Shown: positions 58,535 to 64,000 of the stretch, in pieces | Layout of the letters: each line of letters starts with the position of its first letter | How positions within the stretch are numbered: position 1 is the first letter of the stretch | DNA from: an uncultured delta proteobacterium | GTDB lineage: Bacteria; Desulfobacterota; Binatia; UBA9968 | Assembly: GCA_963816145.1 (NCBI GenBank) | Contig: CAWFJP010000013.1 | Location: 96,001-160,000, forward strand | DNA: 64,000 nucleotides | Direction of reading: 5' to 3' | Translations under genes and position numbers: made by a program | The notes under the pieces: generated by a model | What the model was told of the DNA's origin: nothing | Seen by the model: the letters and a program-made list of their open reading frames with translations, nothing else | Databases searched by the model: none

Positions 58535-60442
58535 ATGAGCGGCATTGTCTGCGTCTATAGCGAGGCTGGAATTGCCCAAGACGCCCCTCGCTATCTCGCC
58601 GCGCTGCGGCGCTTGCATCATCGCGGCCGTGACGGCGAGGGCTCGCTTCTTCGACAGAATCTTTTCCTCGGGGTGCGAACCTCTTATGTGGGTCCAGGGG
58701 CGGTGAAAGAGCAACCACTCGTTGGCGCAGATGGCAAGATCATCGTTGCCCTGGATGGTCATATCCATAACCGGAGAGAACTAGCCGAGAGTCTTCAGGC
58801 GAAAGGACACCCGGTCCATGATACGTCGTCCGATGCGGCGCTGCTTCTCTGCGCTTACGCGGAATACGGCGAGCGCTGCTTCGAGAGTCTTAAGGGTGTG
58901 TGGGCGATCGTCGTTTGGGACGAACGCTCACATCGGTTGGTCGTTAGTCGCGATCGCCTGGGGGTGCGGCCGCTATATTTGTTCTCTGACGGGCGCTCTT
59001 TTCTGCTAGCCTCGGAGATTAAAGGCATATTAGCTCTTGATCCGAGCGCGGGTCTCATGAACCACGAGCGCGTGCGCGACTTCGTGTGCAACGGTCGCAT
59101 CGACGACTGGACCGGCACTCTCTTCGCTCGAATTCAGCCGGTACCTCCAGGCACGGTCCTCAGTATCCACGCGGATCAGGTTGCCAGCAGGCGGTACTGG
59201 AACCTCCGTCCATCTACCGACCCAAGCCTGACGCCGGCCGCTGTCCTCGATGAGCTCGCAGCCGCAGTTGAGCGCCAAACCCCACCGGACGTTTCGATCG
59301 GTCTTTCATTGAGCGGAGGCATCGACAGCTCCACCATCGCCGGCATCTTGGCCCGCTCTTCACGGTGGGACCGGCAAAACCTCCGGGCGTTTAGTATCAC
59401 ACCGCCGAAAACCACCGACGAATCCTTCCTCATCGACGCCACGATTCGACACACGGGTATTCGCCATTCCTATGTGTCACTGGATGACCTGGATTACCCC
59501 CGTTTACTCACCGAGGTTATCGACTTTCATGATGAACCGATCCAGTTCTCTGGGGTGTTTTACCAATACGTTCTGCGCCAGCGAATGGCGCAGGCAGGGT
59601 GCCGAGCCACTGTTGTGGGTTACGGGGCCGACGAGATTTTCAGCGGCTACGAATATCTCGCCGTCCCCTTTCTGGCAGCCCTTCTGGCCGGCGGGCATCT
59701 GGCCGACTCGGTCCGGTTTGTGTTCGGCGCACCAGATTTTTTGCAGATGCCGGCGTACCGTATCGTCGAAAATACGCTTCGTTATCTCTTGGCAGAGCCC
59801 ATCAAGCGCGCCATCGGCGAGGAAAGATTGAGACGATGGAGGGGCATTGCTCCGCCCGGATGGGATATATTAACGCCTTTAACCGAAGCAACGCAGCCGA
59901 CAACATCGACAAGTCCGACGGACTATGAGCTCGACGACATTCCTCAGGGGCGGGCATTCTTTAGAGCTTTGTTCCAGTGCTACCGTACAAACATCGCCCT
60001 GCTTGTAAGATTGGAAGACCGCAACGCGATGGCAAACGGGTTGGAGCTGTGCGCCCCGTTCATGGATCACGAACTCGTCGAGACGGCGCTGGGATTGCCC
60101 TATCATCTGTTCATGGAGGGTGGGCGAAATAAAGCCGTGCTTCGGAACGCGGCGCATGAGCTGCTTGCGGCAGAGGTCAGCGGATACCCCCGCAAACTGG
60201 CCACACCCGGAAGTGACGCCTTCCTCGCGTTCGAGGTCCTTCAGCCGCAGTTCCTGGATATGCTCAGTTCCCCGTCGTTCTACGCCAGCGGGCTTTGGTC
60301 GCGCCGGTGTGAGCAGTTGTACAAGTCGGATATGGTTCGCGGCAGCCGCGCCGCGATTTGGTTCCGTGTGTACATGGTGCAAAAATGGTACGAGAGAGTG
60401 GTTCAACCTATGCACGCTTCGACCAGCACAGTTGAGAATTAA
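58535..60442 (+). CDS. asnB: Asparagine synthetase B-like amidotransferase/amide ligase (N-terminal Cys replaced by Ser)
   Basis: RDRLG.RPLY, ASEIK, LSGGIDSS, G.GADEIF.GY, EDRNAMA.GLE...PFMD. Begins MSGI. Confidence 0.85.
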   Translation: MSGIVCVYSEAGIAQDAPRYLAALRRLHHRGRDGEGSLLRQNLFLGVRTSYVGPGAVKEQPLVGADGKIIVALDGHIHNRRELAESLQAKGHPVHDTSSDAALLLCAYAEYGERCFESLKGVWAIVVWDERSHRLVVSRDRLGVRPLYLFSDGRSFLLASEIKGILALDPSAGLMNHERVRDFVCNGRIDDWTGTLFARIQPVPPGTVLSIHADQVASRRYWNLRPSTDPSLTPAAVLDELAAAVERQTPPDVSIGLSLSGGIDSSTIAGILARSSRWDRQNLRAFSITPPKTTDESFLIDATIRHTGIRHSYVSLDDLDYPRLLTEVIDFHDEPIQFSGVFYQYVLRQRMAQAGCRATVVGYGADEIFSGYEYLAVPFLAALLAGGHLADSVRFVFGAPDFLQMPAYRIVENTLRYLLAEPIKRAIGEERLRRWRGIAPPGWDILTPLTEATQPTTSTSPTDYELDDIPQGRAFFRALFQCYRTNIALLVRLEDRNAMANGLELCAPFMDHELVETALGLPYHLFMEGGRNKAVLRNAAHELLAAEVSGYPRKLATPGSDAFLAFEVLQPQFLDMLSSPSFYASGLWSRRCEQLYKSDMVRGSRAAIWFRVYMVQKWYERVVQPMHASTSTVEN

Positions 60443-60519
60443 CGGGGCGAATTTGAAAACCGTGGAGGTCCGCCGAGGTAATTGCTATGGGCAATCTCGA
60501 AGCGCGTTGACCGGGATTG

Positions 60520-61230
60520 CTATCCGTTGTCGAGTTGAAGCGCTAAAAAGTTCGTCATCAGCTCCCACGCCTGTTCGGCCAACCCTGGATCGTAGCAGTC
60601 GCCGTCGGCCATGGCGAAGCCGTGGCCGGCGCGGTGGAAGAAGTGCCAGTCGAGCGGCTGGCCGTTGGCCTGAAAGGCCGCCATCAGTTTTTGCTGCACC
60701 GGAATGCTCGCGACATGGTCGTTGCCGCCTAGGAATATCTGCGACGGGCATTTGAAGTCTGTGACGGCGTCATTGGGATGGCGCGGCCGGAGTTTGCTCG
60801 GCCCTTCGTCGCGGACTGACGGGTAATAGCCGACGAAGGCGCGCGCGCTCGGGGTCGCGGCGACGAAGTGAATGCCGATGCGCCCGCCCATGCAGTAACC
60901 GACCACGGCGCAGCGCTTGGCGTCGACCTCCGGCCGGCTGGTGAGATAGTTCCAGGAACGGGTAAGGATCTCGATGAACTGGCCGTCGGTGGTGGTCTTT
61001 TGCGCTTCATGCACGCCGTCGGCGGCGCCGAGCATTTTATATAAATCGGGAACGATCGTCGTGTAGCCGAGCTTGGCGTAGTCGCAGACTTTGACCTTCA
61101 TGTTGCCCGTGCAGCCGTAGTGGTGATGCACGATCATGATGCCGGGGCCAGGCTCTTTACGGTCGGGATGAGCGAGGTAGCCAGGCACGCCGTCTTTCTC
61201 TGCGGACAGGTCTCGATTGATGATTTTCAT
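60520..61230 (-). CDS. Dienelactone hydrolase family protein
   Basis: GYCMGG nucleophile motif; AGHGF. Confidence 0.88.
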   Translation of the reverse strand: MKIINRDLSAEKDGVPGYLAHPDRKEPGPGIMIVHHHYGCTGNMKVKVCDYAKLGYTTIVPDLYKMLGAADGVHEAQKTTTDGQFIEILTRSWNYLTSRPEVDAKRCAVVGYCMGGRIGIHFVAATPSARAFVGYYPSVRDEGPSKLRPRHPNDAVTDFKCPSQIFLGGNDHVASIPVQQKLMAAFQANGQPLDWHFFHRAGHGFAMADGDCYDPGLAEQAWELMTNFLALQLDNG

Positions 61231-61321
61231 GAGAACGATCCTCCCTCCAAGCTAGTGGGCTTTTGTTATTACGAGCGAGATCAAAACTCAACTGCAAAAT
61301 TGCCAGCGTGCGGCGAGCGAG

Positions 61322-62419
61322 TCAGGGCTCAAAGCGTTTGCCGTCGAGAAAAAGATGCAGGCGCTCACCGTCGACGTTGAGTCCGATCCGTTCCCCCGAT
61401 CCTGCGCCTGTGTCTCGCCCAGCCCGGGCGACCAGATCGACATCGCCGCATTTGACGTGAAAAAATCGTTCCGACCCCAGATCATCGATGAATTCGACGA
61501 TGCCGTTGATCGGCGCTCGGTCGACACTGGTTACGCGAAGATCCTCGGGGCGAACGCCAAGCGTTAAAGTTTGTCCCGCCAGCCGAGCGAGATTTTCTCG
61601 GAGCAGACCCGCAAGATCCAGCTGGACATCCTTGCTGCGAAAAATCGTGCCGTTATCGTCGACAATGCCATCGATGAAATTCATCTGCGGCGTACCGACG
61701 AAGCGCGCCACCGTGGTATTGGCGGGCCGCTGATAAATCTCCAAGGCGGGGTCAATTTGTTGGATGATTCCCCGGTCGAGCACGATGATCTTCTCGCCGA
61801 GCGTTAGAGCCTCCACCTGGTCATGGGTGACGTAAACGATCGTCGCTTTGAGCCGCCGGTGCAGCCGCGCCAGCTCGACGCGCATCGTCGCGCGGAGCGC
61901 CGCATCCAAGTTCGACAACGGTTCGTCAAAGAGGAATATCTTCGGCTGGCGCACGATCGCCCGGCCCAAGGCGACGCGCTGGCGCTGGCCGCCGCTGAGC
62001 GCGCCCGGGCGGCGGTGCAGAAGCTCGCCAATCTCCAACAGACGGGCCGCCTCCGTCACTGCCACGTCAATTTCGTGTGCGGTCCGACCGCGCAGGCGCA
62101 ATGAAAACGCCAGATTGTCGAAAACGGTCATATGCGGATAGAGCGCATAGTTTTGAAAGACGAAGGCGATGTCGCGGTCGCGCGGCGGCAGCCCATCGAT
62201 GCGCCGGCCGTCGACGGCGATTTCCCCCGCGCTCGGCTGTTCCAGCCCCGCAATCAGCCGCAGGATCGTCGACTTGCCGCAGCCCGAGGGGCCGAGCAAG
62301 ATGCAGAATTCGCCTTCGGTGACTTCGAACGCAATGTCCGTGAGGACTTGGTTAGCACCGAACCGCTTGGATAATTTCTTGACCGAGAGCACAGCGATAA
62401 TTCCTCCGTTTCGATTCAA
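61322..62419 (-). CDS. Carbohydrate ABC transporter ATP-binding protein (MalK/UgpC-like)
   Basis: GPSGCGKS, LSGGQRQR, DEPLSNLD, YVTHDQ, C-terminal TOBE-like region. Confidence 0.95.
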   Translation of the reverse strand: MNRNGGIIAVLSVKKLSKRFGANQVLTDIAFEVTEGEFCILLGPSGCGKSTILRLIAGLEQPSAGEIAVDGRRIDGLPPRDRDIAFVFQNYALYPHMTVFDNLAFSLRLRGRTAHEIDVAVTEAARLLEIGELLHRRPGALSGGQRQRVALGRAIVRQPKIFLFDEPLSNLDAALRATMRVELARLHRRLKATIVYVTHDQVEALTLGEKIIVLDRGIIQQIDPALEIYQRPANTTVARFVGTPQMNFIDGIVDDNGTIFRSKDVQLDLAGLLRENLARLAGQTLTLGVRPEDLRVTSVDRAPINGIVEFIDDLGSERFFHVKCGDVDLVARAGRDTGAGSGERIGLNVDGERLHLFLDGKRFEP

Positions 62420-63231
62420 CCTTTCACCGCGCCCGCCGACAAGCCGCGCACGATGCCGTGTTGAAAAATCAGCGTGAGCAAGATCAGCGGCAAGGTAGCG
62501 ATCGTCGACGCCGCGGCGATCTCGCCCCAGGGCATCGTATATTCACCGGGGAACAGGGCGATACCAACGGGTAGGGTTTGAACGTTGGGATCGGTCATGA
62601 TGATCAAGGCGAAAAAGAACTCATTCCAGGCGTAAATGAAAACCAGCAGGGCGGCGGTGAGGATTCCGGGCGCCGCCAGCGGCAGCACGACTTTATAGAG
62701 TGCCTGCAGCCGGCTGCAGCCGTCGATTAGCGCAGCCTCTTCGATCTCGACGGGCACATCGCGGAAAAACGTCGCGAGAATCCATGTCGCCAGCGGCAAG
62801 CACAAGGCGACGTAGGCCGTCACCAGGCCTTGGTACGTGTTCAGCCACTGCAAGCGGTCTAGGATCGTCCAGACCGGACCGGCGATGGCGATCTGTGGAA
62901 ACATGGAAATCGCGAGCAGCAGGAGCAGGTAGAAATGCGTCCACTTCGACTGAAAACGCGCGATGGCGTAAGCAGCCAGCGAACCAACCGCGACGGTGAC
63001 CATCGTCGCCGAGGCGGCGACGATGATGCTGTTGGCGATGTAGTGGAGCAAGCCGTAGTTCTCCAATGCCGAGCGATAGAAGCTCAAATGAAATGACGGC
63101 AGTAAGATCGGCGGGATAGCAGTCAATTCCGTGCCACTCTTGAGGGAAGTAAGCACAAACCAGACAAACGGCACCAGACAATAGAGCGCAATGCCGCCGG
63201 AAAAGAGCGCCAAAGCAGCGGTGCGTTTCAC
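62416..63231 (-). CDS. Carbohydrate ABC transporter permease (MalG-like)
   Basis: EEAALIDG EAA motif; WNEFF; GTGA overlap with the upstream gene. Confidence 0.93.
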   Translation of the reverse strand: MKRTAALALFSGGIALYCLVPFVWFVLTSLKSGTELTAIPPILLPSFHLSFYRSALENYGLLHYIANSIIVAASATMVTVAVGSLAAYAIARFQSKWTHFYLLLLLAISMFPQIAIAGPVWTILDRLQWLNTYQGLVTAYVALCLPLATWILATFFRDVPVEIEEAALIDGCSRLQALYKVVLPLAAPGILTAALLVFIYAWNEFFFALIIMTDPNVQTLPVGIALFPGEYTMPWGEIAAASTIATLPLILLTLIFQHGIVRGLSAGAVKG

Positions 63232-64000
63232 AGCCCGGCCTCTTTCCAACGGCTGGTTCTGAGCAGGTGTAGATAGACGAGCGCGAGAGTCAACGAAAGT
63301 AGAAACACCGTCACCGCGATCGCCGAGCCGTAGCCGATCATGCCTTCGGCGAAGGTTTTCTTATAACCATAGAACTGCAGCACGTTGGTGGCGTCGGCCG
63401 GACCGCCTTGGGTCATGACGTAGACGAGATCGAACACGCGTAGAGAATCGACGGTGCGAAACAACAACGCCAAAAGCAACGCCGGCTTGAGCAACGGCAG
63501 CGTGACATGGCGGAATTTCTGCCAGGACGTGGCGCCGTCGACGCTCGCCGCCTCGTAGAGCTCGTCGGCAATACTTTGCAGTCCGGCCAATATGATCAGC
63601 GCGGCAAAGGGCGTAGTCTTCCAAATCTCCGCGATCATGATCGCGGCCAAGGCAAGATAGGGATCGGCGAGCGGCGCCAGGTAGCTCGACGTATCGGCGC
63701 CGAACAGCATGAAATTCACCAAGCCGTAGCGGTCGTTGAAGATGAAGCGCCACATCTGCGATGCCACCACCGTCGGGATCGCCCAGGGGACGAGCACCAC
63801 GGCGCGCAACAGTCCCCGGCCGCGAAAGGCTTCGTTGAGCACCAGCGCGATGCCCAGACCGAGGAGCAATTCCAGCGGGATGGTGACGCCAATGAATAGT
63901 AACGTGGTCACGAGAGCGTCGCGCGCGACGGGATCGGTGGCGAGGTCGGCGTAGTTTTCCCAGCCGACCATGCGCTGGCCGAGCCAGGGCAGAGTTAAAA
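63228..64000 (-). CDS. Carbohydrate ABC transporter permease (MalF-like), 5' end outside the window
   Basis: VGWENY, LYEAASVDGA, TQGGP. Confidence 0.93.
   Translation of the reverse strand, partial: LTLPWLGQRMVGWENYADLATDPVARDALVTTLLFIGVTIPLELLLGLGIALVLNEAFRGRGLLRAVVLVPWAIPTVVASQMWRFIFNDRYGLVNFMLFGADTSSYLAPLADPYLALAAIMIAEIWKTTPFAALIILAGLQSIADELYEAASVDGATSWQKFRHVTLPLLKPALLLALLFRTVDSLRVFDLVYVMTQGGPADATNVLQFYGYKKTFAEGMIGYGSAIAVTVFLLSLTLALVYLHLLRTSRWKEAGL

Noticed and set aside
58357-58560. Lasso-peptide precursor upstream of the AsnB-like gene
   Set aside because: The only short ORF I found (MLKPILTMTPMKGQFYERHCLRL) overlaps the gene start and lacks leader/core features; no B proteins are nearby.
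1-64000. Genome-wide UGA reassignment (to Trp or Gly) as the explanation of the three in-frame TGAs
   Set aside because: Many intact genes here end at TGA at their expected C-termini, and TGG is used for Trp. The three cases fall at expected Cys positions and have downstream hairpins.

Overview
A GC-rich bacterial chromosomal window. Inference: gene content and repeat style suggest an uncultured deltaproteobacterial lineage such as Candidatus Binatia. It encodes nine solute-binding proteins with no adjacent permeases, acyl-CoA dehydrogenases, CoA-transferases, GSTs, hydrolases, a 3220-aa Calx-beta/DUF11 surface protein and part of a sugar ABC operon. I saw no rRNA, tRNA, CRISPR array, integrase or transposase. 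The main hidden signal is three genes that the ORF track splits or truncates at an in-frame TGA. In each, the TGA sits where a redox Cys is expected and is followed 11-13 nt later by a hairpin with G at loop position 1 or 2 (bacterial SECIS geometry). They are an AhpD-like protein (CPYU), a peroxiredoxin-like protein with an unusual HPNU motif, and a SelO/YdiU AMPylase ending YQTF-U-GT-stop, whose candidate SECIS lies in the 3' UTR. Two of the hairpins share the core RUC-CGGG(G)C-GAY. A second theme is cargo genes bracketed by duplicated or decayed copies of a neighbouring gene (amidohydrolase 3' ends, DUF427, GST). A third is several families of intergenic palindromes built from short tandem units.
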